Made by a program: the position numbers and the translations under genes. DNA of 24,387 bases from Cellvibrionaceae bacterium (lineage in GTDB: Bacteria > Pseudomonadota > Gammaproteobacteria > Pseudomonadales > Cellvibrionaceae): positions 1 to 24,387 of the forward strand of contig DAOQGS010000002.1 of the NCBI GenBank assembly GCA_035338675.1, in the 5' to 3' direction. Below the pieces are notes generated by a model, which did no database searches, was not told the origin of the DNA, and saw only the letters and a list, made by a program, of their open reading frames with translations. Positions 16,287 through 24,387 of this stretch are shown here, one piece after another; the stretch's first letter is position 1; every line of letters starts with the position of its first letter.

Positions 16287-17321
16287 ATGGATATTACCGA
16301 GTTACTCGCTTTTTCCGCCAAACAACGCGCATCGGACCTCCACCTTTCAGCGGGCCTGCCGCCGATGATCCGTGTGGATGGCGATGTGCGACGCATTAAC
16401 CTGCCGCCCATGGACCACAAACAGGTGCACAGTCTGATCTACGAGATCATGAATGACAAGCAACGTAAGGACTACGAGGAATACCTGGAAACCGACTTCT
16501 CCTTTGAAGTGCCAGGAGTTGCGCGCTTTAGGGTAAACGCCTTTAACCAAAACCGCGGTGCCGGTGCGGTATTTCGTACCATTCCCTCCAAAGTGCTCTC
16601 TATGGAAGAGCTGGGAATGGGCCAGGTGTTTCGCGATATCAGCTCGGTGCCCAGGGGCTTGGTGCTGGTAACCGGGCCTACCGGTTCGGGTAAATCCACT
16701 ACCCTTGCGGCCATGATCGACTACATCAACGAAAACAAATACCACCATATTCTCACCATCGAAGATCCCATCGAATTCGTCCACGAAAGTAAAAAATGCC
16801 TGATTAACCAGCGCGAAGTGCACCGCGATACCCACGGCTTTGCCGAGGCCCTGCGCTCAGCCCTGCGGGAAGACCCGGATATTATCCTGGTGGGTGAGAT
16901 GCGGGACTTAGAAACCATCCGCCTAGCCCTCACCGCCGCTGAAACCGGCCACTTGGTGTTCGGCACATTGCACACCACCTCCGCCGCCAAAACCATCGAC
17001 CGGGTAGTGGATGTATTCCCCGCCCAGGAAAAATCCATGGTGCGCTCCATGCTGTCGGAATCTTTAGAGGCAGTAATTTCCCAAACCCTGCTCAAACGCA
17101 TCGGCGGCGGCCGGGTAGCGGCCCACGAAATTATGCGCGGCACCCCGGCCATTCGAAACCTCATTCGTGAAGATAAGGTGGCGCAGATGTACTCAGCCAT
17201 TCAAACCGGTGCCAATGTGGGCATGCAGACCATGGATCAGTGTTTGGCGGATTTATTGGAGCGCCGCATCATCACCCGCGAAAATGCGCGGGAAAAAGCC
17301 AAAATGCCCGACAAATTTTAA
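16287..17321 (+). CDS. pilT: Type IV pilus retraction ATPase PilT
   Basis: MDITELL, ASDLHLSAG, Walker A GPTGSGKST, LREDPD, GTLHT, AIRNLIRE. Confidence 0.98.
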   Translation: MDITELLAFSAKQRASDLHLSAGLPPMIRVDGDVRRINLPPMDHKQVHSLIYEIMNDKQRKDYEEYLETDFSFEVPGVARFRVNAFNQNRGAGAVFRTIPSKVLSMEELGMGQVFRDISSVPRGLVLVTGPTGSGKSTTLAAMIDYINENKYHHILTIEDPIEFVHESKKCLINQREVHRDTHGFAEALRSALREDPDIILVGEMRDLETIRLALTAAETGHLVFGTLHTTSAAKTIDRVVDVFPAQEKSMVRSMLSESLEAVISQTLLKRIGGGRVAAHEIMRGTPAIRNLIREDKVAQMYSAIQTGANVGMQTMDQCLADLLERRIITRENAREKAKMPDKF

Positions 17322-17333
17322 TTGGAGTAGGCC

Positions 17334-18476
17334 GTGGATATTGATCGTTTATTGCAACTGATGGTGGAAAAAGGCGCCTCCGACTTATTTATTACCGCCG
17401 GTGTGCCGCCCTCTATGAAATTACACGGCAAAATTGTGCCGGTCACCACAACGCCCCTATCGCCGGAAAAATCCCGCGAAACCGTGCTCTCCACCATGAA
17501 CGAAAAACAGCGGGCGGAATTTGTCGAGCGCAAAGAATTAAACTTTGCCATCAGCGTGCGCGGCGTCGGCCGCTTTCGCGCCAGTGCGTTTTACCAGCGC
17601 AACCTAGCGGGCATGGTGCTGCGCCGCATTGAAACCAATATTCCTAAAATTGACGATTTAGGCCTGCCGGAAATTATTAAAGATTTGGCCATGGCCAAGC
17701 GCGGCTTAATTATTTTTGTGGGCGCCACCGGTACCGGTAAATCCACCTCCCTCGCCTCCATGATTGGCCATCGCAACCGCAATTCCAAAGGCCATATTAT
17801 TTCCATCGAAGACCCTATTGAATTTATTCACCAGCACCAAGGCTGCGTGATTACCCAGCGGGAAGTGGGCATAGATACAGAGAGTTTTGAGGTGGCCTTA
17901 AAAAACACTCTGCGGCAAGCGCCGGATGTGATTTTAATTGGTGAGGTGCGCTCGCGGGAAACCATGGACCACGCCATCGCCTTTGCCGAAACCGGCCATT
18001 TGTGCCTGTGTACCCTGCACGCCAATAACGCCAACCAGGCGCTCGATCGCATCATCCACTTTTTCCCCGCCGATCGGCACTCCCAATTGTGGATGGATTT
18101 GTCCTTAAATTTAAAAGCCATAGTCGCTCAACAGTTAATTCCCACCCCCGATGGCAGTGGCCGCCGCGCCTGTTTAGAAGTTATGTTAAACACGCCCTTA
18201 GCCTCGGATTTAATCCGCAAAGGCCATGTGCATGAATTAAAAGAACTGATGAAAAAATCCACCGAACTGGGTATGCAGACCTTTGACCAGGCGCTGTTTG
18301 ATTTATACGAGGGCGGCAGCATCACCTACGAAGACGCCCTGGCCCACGCCGACTCTCCCAACGACCTGCGCTTAATGATTAAACTTAGATCGGAAACTGA
18401 TGCGGATTATTTAAAAAATGCCGCCGATGAGTTGTCGATTCAGGAAGATGAAAGCCATAGGGTGCGCAGGTTTTAA
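17334..18476 (+). CDS. pilU: Type IV pilus ATPase PilU
   Basis: ASDLFITAG, Walker A GATGTGKST, LRQAPDVILIGE, TLHANNANQALDRI; follows pilT. Confidence 0.97.
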   Translation: MDIDRLLQLMVEKGASDLFITAGVPPSMKLHGKIVPVTTTPLSPEKSRETVLSTMNEKQRAEFVERKELNFAISVRGVGRFRASAFYQRNLAGMVLRRIETNIPKIDDLGLPEIIKDLAMAKRGLIIFVGATGTGKSTSLASMIGHRNRNSKGHIISIEDPIEFIHQHQGCVITQREVGIDTESFEVALKNTLRQAPDVILIGEVRSRETMDHAIAFAETGHLCLCTLHANNANQALDRIIHFFPADRHSQLWMDLSLNLKAIVAQQLIPTPDGSGRRACLEVMLNTPLASDLIRKGHVHELKELMKKSTELGMQTFDQALFDLYEGGSITYEDALAHADSPNDLRLMIKLRSETDADYLKNAADELSIQEDESHRVRRF

Positions 18477-18485
18477 GCGAATTTC

Positions 18486-18529
18486 AGGCAATAAAAAAGC
18501 GCGGTTTTTACCGCGCTTTTTTATTGCCT
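18486..18529. terminator. Bidirectional Rho-independent terminator
   Basis: Perfect 19-bp arms AGGCAATAAAAAAGCGCGG / CCGCGCTTTTTTATTGCCT with loop TTTTTA, just after the pilU stop. Confidence 0.9.
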
Positions 18530-18544
18530 AAGGGTTAAGCAAAC

Positions 18545-18747
18545 GTAACTATTCAGCATCTTTTTGTGTGGCTGGAGGTAATTCCTGCACTGACTGGGAA
18601 CTAACGCGTGTGTGTTTTAGGGCTGTTACCCCGTAATAGAGCGCCCGCAGTGGTGACTACACCGCGAATCAATTATGCCGGATGGCTAAACCCTCCTGAA
18701 TTTGCCCCACGCGCGGAAGTGGGGAGTAAAGTGTGCTGAATAGTTAC
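18545..18747. mobile_element. 203-bp MITE, IS66-type ends
   Basis: Perfect 14-bp TIRs GTAACTATTCAGCA (18545-18558) / TGCTGAATAGTTAC (18734-18747); identical 8-bp flanks AAGCAAAC (18537-18544, 18748-18755); no transposase ORF. Confidence 0.88.
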
Positions 18748-18900
18748 AAGCAAACAATACTTCTACCCAAGATAAAATCTTGCCAAATCCCTTTAAATAA
18801 ACACTCCAACGCCTCCCTAGAACCACATCTTTGCAGTACGCCGCAGGCGGCGAAACGCCAGATAAAAATTAAATGTGCTGATCTCTTACCAAACATAAAT

Positions 18901-18927
18901 AGATCCTGCGACTGCGCGCAGGATGAC
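18901..18927. repeat. REP-like hairpin
   Basis: AG-ATCCTGCG-ACTGCG-CGCAGGAT-GAC; partial related copy GCATCCTGAGC near 18959. Confidence 0.45.
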
Positions 18928-18976
18928 GGTTGGGACGCAGGCGGCACTGCCTGGTAGAGCATCCTGAGCCGAGGTT

Positions 18977-20293
18977 CTATTGGTATTCCTTTAAATCCAC
19001 CAATGCCTGACTTGGTTTGTACTGCAAAAACGGTAATTTGCGGGCCAGGGGCGCAAAAATACTGCGCTCGTTCATGGCCAGGGCGTAGGCCACATAGGTG
19101 GGGTCGGAAGAGAGGTGGCGCTCTTCGGTGCGGGCTCTTAAAAAATACACGCCGTTGAGGGCTAAGAGTGCGGCGCAGTCGCGCATTACGGTTACATAGG
19201 TGGCTTTATCGTGTAGCACAAAAGGCACGGCAATTAACCACCAGCTTAGATTTTTACTGACATAGGCCGGGTGTTTACACCAGGCGTATACACCGTTGGT
19301 AATAATGCCGCGGTTAGTCAGGTTGGAAAAGCGCAGGCCAAAACCCACGCTCGCCAGCATATAAATAAACGTCAAGATTAAAATGGCGCCGCCCCAAATA
19401 CCCTGTAATACCAAATTGCCATCCAGCCACTGGTACCACTCAAAATTATCCGAGTTGTAATTAATATAAGAGGCGGCCACAAACGACCAAATGGGTTCAT
19501 AACACATTAGCGCCCACAACCATCCAGCGGCGGTGGGTTCGGCGGAGCGGATGTGGGAGTCAAAAATGCGCAGGGTGCACAAATAACCCACGGTTACGAT
19601 CACCACATCAATGCCGTAGAACAAATCGGTGGGCACAGTGGCGCCTTTGTTTTGCCAAAATTCCCAGTCGAATAAATTCCAGCCTTGCGCCTTTTCAAAA
19701 AAACTCAGGGCGTAAATAAACATCAAGGGTAAAAAGAAAAATTTAACCCCCCAGCCGGTGAGGTGTTGGCGCAATTTAGCGGTGTTTAAGCCGTTAGTTT
19801 TACCCAATAAAAAACGGCCTAATTGGTAGTAGCCGTCTTCAGGGTGGCGCATGCGGCGGTCTACCCAGGCAAAATACAGCACGGAGGCGGGCACAAATAC
19901 AATTGCCAGATCGGCAATAAACCGCCAGTAGCGGGTGTAAAAGCCGCCGATGTATTCAGGAATTAAACTGTAAAACAGCGCCATTAGGCCGAAGGTTGCG
20001 TACAAACCGAATAATTTGGTGGCCACCCGTGCGCTGTTGGCCGGTTTGGGGGGATTGATAAGGTCTAAACCGGAGGAGGGGCGCAGCTGGGGTTTTAGGT
20101 ATTTCCACTCCAAAATTGCGATGGGTACAACATAGCAGGCGAGGATTAAAACCACCTGATAACTCAGAGCCATAGTGGGCAAAAAGCGCAAGCTAAAAAC
20201 ACAGGCTAACATACACACAATGCCCACCCAGGTAATCGGTTGTGAGGTGCAGGAGGGCGGAAGCTTGGGAACTGGGGGTTTCGGCTGGGACAT
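18977..20293 (-). CDS. Multi-pass membrane methyltransferase, isoprenylcysteine carboxyl methyltransferase (ICMT)/PEMT-like
   Basis: Many TM segments; C-terminal RFSNLTNRGIITNGVY...KHPAY and RARTEERHL motifs. ATG 20293 preferred over the track start at 20341. Confidence 0.8.
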   Translation of the reverse strand: MSQPKPPVPKLPPSCTSQPITWVGIVCMLACVFSLRFLPTMALSYQVVLILACYVVPIAILEWKYLKPQLRPSSGLDLINPPKPANSARVATKLFGLYATFGLMALFYSLIPEYIGGFYTRYWRFIADLAIVFVPASVLYFAWVDRRMRHPEDGYYQLGRFLLGKTNGLNTAKLRQHLTGWGVKFFFLPLMFIYALSFFEKAQGWNLFDWEFWQNKGATVPTDLFYGIDVVIVTVGYLCTLRIFDSHIRSAEPTAAGWLWALMCYEPIWSFVAASYINYNSDNFEWYQWLDGNLVLQGIWGGAILILTFIYMLASVGFGLRFSNLTNRGIITNGVYAWCKHPAYVSKNLSWWLIAVPFVLHDKATYVTVMRDCAALLALNGVYFLRARTEERHLSSDPTYVAYALAMNERSIFAPLARKLPFLQYKPSQALVDLKEYQ

Positions 20294-20500
20294 AAGCAAA
20301 CTCTGGCGGCAGGATAAACGGCGGGCAGGATAAACGCGCAAGTGTAGCGACTTTGGCTATAAAAACCTTGACCTGTGGCCCAGCTTGGCGGTTTGTTCAT
20401 TCATTCAGGGCGGGCCTTGGCGTACACTTTCAACTCGGGTAAGCACCTGGTTTGCAGGCCTGTTGCTGATTTGCAGCGGTATTAATGGCCGGGTGTTGGG

Positions 20501-20516
20501 TGTTAATAATTTCACA
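20501..20516. promoter_or_regulatory. Candidate CRP/Vfr-type site
   Basis: TGTTA-N6-TCACA versus consensus TGTGA-N6-TCACA (9/10). Confidence 0.4.
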
Positions 20517-20533
20517 TGTGTTAATGGAGCGGT

Positions 20534-22060
20534 GTGCCGATGCGTCAAAACTTATTGAAGGAAGTGTTGCTATCAACGCTGTGTTTAGCCTTAATCCTGC
20601 TGGCAGGCTGCGGTGATACTAAGGTGACCACAAGAAGCCTCGACGGCCAATCCTCTGGGCCTACCTGGACTCAAAACCAATATGCATCGTTTAAGGATTA
20701 TTTAAACCTTTGTGCGGCGGCGCGCACGGGTATTGACCCTATGACCGGCAAACCCTTTCTAGACCGCGCAGGCAGTGCCAGTTTAGAAAAATTCGCCCTG
20801 CGCAGTTTCAGCCACCAAACCTATTTATGGGCCTCCCAATTGGAGGATAAAGACCCCACCACCAATTTAAATCCCCAGGCGTATTTTGAATTATTAAAAA
20901 TACCTGCCGACCGTTTTCATTTTTATGTGTCGTCGGAAGAAAACTACAAAGAATTTATTCTGGGCAAAGCCTTAAGTTACGGCATCACCTGGTTTCGCGA
21001 TGGCAACGGAGAAATTGTGGTGGCTTATGTCGAGCGCAATTCCCCCGCCGAAATAGCAGGTGTTGTGCGGGGCTATCGGGTGGTGCAGATGGATGGCTTT
21101 GCTCCAGCAGCCCTCAGCAATGAGCAGTTAATAGCGGCTGCGTACCCCACCGAGCAGTCCCCCGTCCACCGCTTTGTATTTAAAAATAGCCAGGGCGTGG
21201 AGCAGCCGGAGGTGCGTTTAAGCGCTGCTGAAGTGCAGGTTAATAGCGTGCAAAATCTGCAGTATTTCACCGCCGCCAACGAGCGCAAGGTAGCTTATTT
21301 TTCCTTCGGCAGTTTTAACGGCACCGGGGAAAAAGAATTAATTAATACGGTTAATGAGATCAACCAAACCGGCGTCCAAGAATTAATTTTGGATTTGCGT
21401 TTTAACGGCGGCGGTTATTTAGATTTAGCCTCTGAGCTTGCCTATATGGTGGGCGGCGATGGGGTTAAAAAAACCTCCGTGTTTTCCGCTTTGCGCTTTG
21501 CGCCGGGCAATACAGAGTACAGAGATGAAGTGATTCCATTTTGGCCCACCAGCCGGGCCCTAAGCAGCGATGTGGCCAAAGATCAGCCATTGCCAACGCT
21601 CAATTTAAAACGCCTGTATGTGTTGACCAGCGCCAGCACCTGTTCGGCCAGTGAATCCCTGATCAATGGCCTGCGGGGGGCGGATTTCCCGGTGGTGCAG
21701 GTGGGCACCACTACCTGCGGCAAACCCTACGGCATGGTCCCCCTCTCCAATTGCGGCTTTGATTATTACACCATTAATTTCCGCTACGAAAACGCCAAAG
21801 GCTTTAGCGAATTTGAAAGCGGCTTAGCGCCGCGCAATTCCGTGCAGACCCAGGGCAGCCCCCTAGGCTGTGAGGTGGCCGACCAGTACCGCGACCCCTT
21901 AGGCAGCGCCAATGAGTCCCTGCTGGCGGCGGCCTTAAAACATATCGACAGCGGCAGTTGCGGCTCTGCGGCGCTCGCCGCCCCGCGCGCGCAGGGCAGC
22001 TCCCTGCCACACCCCAACCCTGTCTTCTCCAACGCCATAGGCCCGCGGCTGAGTTTTTAG
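20534..22060 (+). CDS. S41-family (CtpA-like) lipoprotein peptidase with PDZ-like domain
   Basis: Lipobox LAGC; PDZ-like IVVAYVE.NSPA..AG..RG; LILDLRFNGGGY, CSASE (catalytic Ser), TCGKPYG (catalytic Lys). Start GTG 20534 or ATG 20540. Confidence 0.88.
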   Translation: MPMRQNLLKEVLLSTLCLALILLAGCGDTKVTTRSLDGQSSGPTWTQNQYASFKDYLNLCAAARTGIDPMTGKPFLDRAGSASLEKFALRSFSHQTYLWASQLEDKDPTTNLNPQAYFELLKIPADRFHFYVSSEENYKEFILGKALSYGITWFRDGNGEIVVAYVERNSPAEIAGVVRGYRVVQMDGFAPAALSNEQLIAAAYPTEQSPVHRFVFKNSQGVEQPEVRLSAAEVQVNSVQNLQYFTAANERKVAYFSFGSFNGTGEKELINTVNEINQTGVQELILDLRFNGGGYLDLASELAYMVGGDGVKKTSVFSALRFAPGNTEYRDEVIPFWPTSRALSSDVAKDQPLPTLNLKRLYVLTSASTCSASESLINGLRGADFPVVQVGTTTCGKPYGMVPLSNCGFDYYTINFRYENAKGFSEFESGLAPRNSVQTQGSPLGCEVADQYRDPLGSANESLLAAALKHIDSGSCGSAALAAPRAQGSSLPHPNPVFSNAIGPRLSF

Positions 22061-22129
22061 CCAATCCGGGCGCGGCACGCCTCAAAATTCCCGCCTAGGG
22101 CTTAAGGAAGTCCCAATTAGAAAGCAGCT

Positions 22130-22220
22130 GTAGGGGCGCCCCTCGTGGGTGCCCTCTGCCCAGTAAGCGCATGCTCCATGGCAGGGGGACTAACTGGGCA
22201 ACCACAAGGGTTGCCCCTAC
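22130..22220. repeat. GTAG-family REP doublet (REPIN), with a partial third end at 22266-22275
   Basis: GTAG-GGGCGCCC-CTCGT-GGGTGCCC (22130-22154, +) and GTAG-GGGCAACC-CTTGT-GGTTGCCC (22196-22220, -), inverted around a 41-nt spacer. Confidence 0.85.
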
Positions 22221-22336
22221 GATCCGGCTTAATTTAATAACACCCTTACTCATAACCCAATTAACGTGCCCCTACAGGGCCGATGGGCAAAAGCCGACTA
22301 TGCTTAAGGCAATGTTAAATCTGCTTAGGGCATTAG

Positions 22337-23644
22337 ATGTTGGGGCGGTATGCGTATTTGCGAATAGTACTGACGCGGCACGACAAGTGGCTGCTCGGCG
22401 CTATCGCTTTTAGCCTGCTGTGCCTGCCATTGCCCCACCTGTTACCCATGCGGGTGACCTCTCTGCTGCAGGCCCAGGTCAGCCTGCGCTCCTCCATTTA
22501 TGCCGATTCCAGCGATCAAGAGGTGCAGTGGCTGAACAAAGAAAAGCTGCACTGGATCTGCCGGGTGCGCGCCGAGTACAGCGCCAAGGCCTGCGGGTTT
22601 AGCCTGGCCTTTGACCCGAGCCTGGACTGGCAAGACGCCTATGGCCTGCGCATTGCCCTGGCGGCCCAGTCGAAGAACCAATTTTTCCGCCTTTATGTGC
22701 GCAACCATGTGCCGGGGGCGGCCGGTACGCTGCCGGAGGATGCCCAGTACAACCAAATGATGCTGCCGGCCCAGGATGCCAACCAGCCGGTGGATATAGC
22801 CTTCAGCGAATTCGCCCTGGCCGACTGGTGGCTGGCCAGCCACCCGGTGGCAAACGAGTACAACATCGCCCGCTTCGACCATGTCAGCAGCCTAGGGATT
22901 GACCTTGATAGCCCCGCCGCCCTCGGCGATCACGAATTGCAGCTGGCCCAATTGGCGCTGCTGCGCCCCTACATCAGCGTGCAAACCTGTTACCTAAGCC
23001 TCTTGGGCCTGTGGACGGCGCTGCTGCTGCTGTTGAGCCTGCAGCGCCTGTGGCTGCGGCGCCTGTTGCTGGCCCAGGCCCGGGCCAATATCGAGAGCCA
23101 GAAGCCTGCGGTGGTGGAATTTGAAGAGAGCGCGCCGGCCTTTTGCGAAATCCCCCAGGATGATCTCACCGGCATCTACAACCGGCAGGGCTTTATCGAT
23201 TATTGGAGCCAGGCCAGCCGCCTCTGGGCGGATAACGACAGCATGGGCCTGTTGGTGGTGAACCTGGATCAATACACCAGCATCGGCGAGAGTTTTGGCC
23301 GGGATGCAAAAGATCAAGCCCTGCTCGCCCTGGCGGACGCCCTCAAAAGCCATATGCGCCCCCAGGATAAATTGGCCCGCTGGCACGAGGGGCAGTTTAT
23401 TTTGCTCTGCCCCCTAACCGGCCACGCCCAGGCTCTGCAGCTGGCGGAAAAGCTGCGCCACCACATCAACCTGATCAGCTTTGACGAGCCTGCCCCCCTA
23501 TCCTTGAGTGCCTCCATCGGAGTGATTCTCTTCCCCGCCCAGGCCCTTTTAGAACAGGCCTATAACCGCTGCGAATTGGCCCTCAACACAACCGCCTCCA
23601 ACGGCAATCGGGTGATTGATTGCGGGGTACTCAACCTTGACTAA
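22337..23644 (+). CDS. Membrane sensor with periplasmic beta-rich domain and degenerate GGDEF domain
   Basis: TM1 WLLGAIAFSLLCLPLP; TM2 YLSLLGLWTALLLLL; DDLTGIYNR; GGDEF replaced by HEGQF (23384-23398); RPQD I-site kept (23357-23368). Confidence 0.85.
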   Translation: MLGRYAYLRIVLTRHDKWLLGAIAFSLLCLPLPHLLPMRVTSLLQAQVSLRSSIYADSSDQEVQWLNKEKLHWICRVRAEYSAKACGFSLAFDPSLDWQDAYGLRIALAAQSKNQFFRLYVRNHVPGAAGTLPEDAQYNQMMLPAQDANQPVDIAFSEFALADWWLASHPVANEYNIARFDHVSSLGIDLDSPAALGDHELQLAQLALLRPYISVQTCYLSLLGLWTALLLLLSLQRLWLRRLLLAQARANIESQKPAVVEFEESAPAFCEIPQDDLTGIYNRQGFIDYWSQASRLWADNDSMGLLVVNLDQYTSIGESFGRDAKDQALLALADALKSHMRPQDKLARWHEGQFILLCPLTGHAQALQLAEKLRHHINLISFDEPAPLSLSASIGVILFPAQALLEQAYNRCELALNTTASNGNRVIDCGVLNLD

Positions 23645-24387
23645 GCGGCCCTACTTTATCGCCGCCTGGTTACTAACTGCCATGGCGGTTATCGCCCTGG
23701 CCTGTTTCCCGCTGCTGCCCAAGCGGTACTGGAAGCTGGGCGAGGAGAGCCAGTTCAACCGGCTGTTGATCACCGATAAAAACAAAGGCGGCCAGACCGA
23801 GGCTAAGTGGCTCGGCGCGCGACGCTATCAATGTGTGATTCAGCCGCAGACTCAAGACCCCTTCTGCGCCATGCAGATCAGCCTTAAAGACGAGGCCGGC
23901 CGGGGCCGCGACCTAAGCCAGTTCGACCGCCTGCGCATCAAGGTGCGGCTGCAGGGGCCGGGCAGTGTGCTGCGGCTGCATATGCGGGTGTTCGACGGGC
24001 GCTTTTCCAAGCCGGGGCAGATGGATACCGCCAAATTCCAAGGCTATGTTTTTAGCCCCGGTGAGCAGGGCCAGGTGTTGGAGCTGCCCCTGGCGGGGTT
24101 TTCCGTGGCGGACTGGTGGGTGCGGGAATTCGCCCCCAAGCGGGAATATGCCCAGCTGGATTTTGCCAATGTGTTGATGATCGGCATCGATATTCCCGCC
24201 CCCACCCAAGCCGGCACCTACGATATTGAAGTGGAGGAGCTGGAATTTATCGGCAGCCGGGTACAGCTCGCCAGTGTTCTGGTGGTGTTTATCCTGCTCT
24301 GGTGCGCCCTGGTGGCCGTGTATCTGCTGGCGGGCATTTGGCAGGTGGCGCGGCAGTGGCAGCGGGAACTCCCCGCCTGGCGCGAGC
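23637..24387 (+). CDS. Paralogous membrane sensor, truncated by the window end and absent from the ORF track; C-terminal GGDEF domain probable but not visible
   Basis: My translation is open from TTG 23637 (or ATG 23682) to the end: MTKRPYFIAAWLLTAMAVIALACFPLLP...FCAMQISL...DLSQFDRLRI...LRLHMRVF...FSVADWWV...FANVLMIGID...GTYDIEVEELEFIG...LVVFILLWCALVAVYLL. The TTG lies just upstream of the previous stop (23642-23644), so the two genes overlap. Confidence 0.85.
   Translation, partial: MTKRPYFIAAWLLTAMAVIALACFPLLPKRYWKLGEESQFNRLLITDKNKGGQTEAKWLGARRYQCVIQPQTQDPFCAMQISLKDEAGRGRDLSQFDRLRIKVRLQGPGSVLRLHMRVFDGRFSKPGQMDTAKFQGYVFSPGEQGQVLELPLAGFSVADWWVREFAPKREYAQLDFANVLMIGIDIPAPTQAGTYDIEVEELEFIGSRVQLASVLVVFILLWCALVAVYLLAGIWQVARQWQRELPAWRE

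Noticed and set aside
18733-18962. Track ORFs 18733-18957 (+) and 18744-18962 (-)
   Set aside because: They overlap the MITE end and the hairpin cluster, lack an RBS and show no recognisable protein features.
18530-18976. tmRNA, RNase P, 6S RNA or tRNA between pilU and the ICMT-like gene
   Set aside because: No hallmark sequences found; a MITE and short hairpins explain the interval.
22171-22413. 80-aa ORF
   Set aside because: Reads through REP sequence and overlaps the real gene at 22337.
2-24209. Remaining short track ORFs nested in or antisense to the called genes
   Set aside because: Shadow frames of well-supported genes, with no motifs or RBS.

Overview
Chromosomal window from a gammaproteobacterium; gene content and order suggest a Cellvibrionales/Pseudomonadales-like organism (inference). 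Core genes in order: the 3' part of a UbiI/UbiH-type hydroxylase, pqiABC, several small lipoprotein genes, ppk1 behind a probable Pho box, a DUF2845 gene, an HDOD gene, an RlmI-like methyltransferase, a dCache-GGDEF diguanylate cyclase, yggU-yggT-proC-yggS divergent from pilT-pilU, an ICMT-like membrane methyltransferase, an S41 lipoprotein peptidase, and a tandem pair of membrane sensors sharing one periplasmic domain (the first with a dead GGDEF but intact I-site; the second runs off the window and is missing from the ORF track). The most notable feature is a lone, AT-rich 479-bp integron gene cassette (4356-4834) encoding a stand-alone receiver protein with a textbook attC site and no integrase or attI in the window. 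It appears to have inserted between codon 1 and codon 2 of a host lipoprotein gene. The captured ATG now makes a 7-codon leader overlapping the cassette start codon, and the attC supplies a new in-frame ATG for the host gene. Also present: a 203-bp IS66-type MITE with an 8-bp target duplication, a GTAG-family REP doublet, and two unexplained short repeat systems. All protein family calls come from motif recognition by eye, not database searches.
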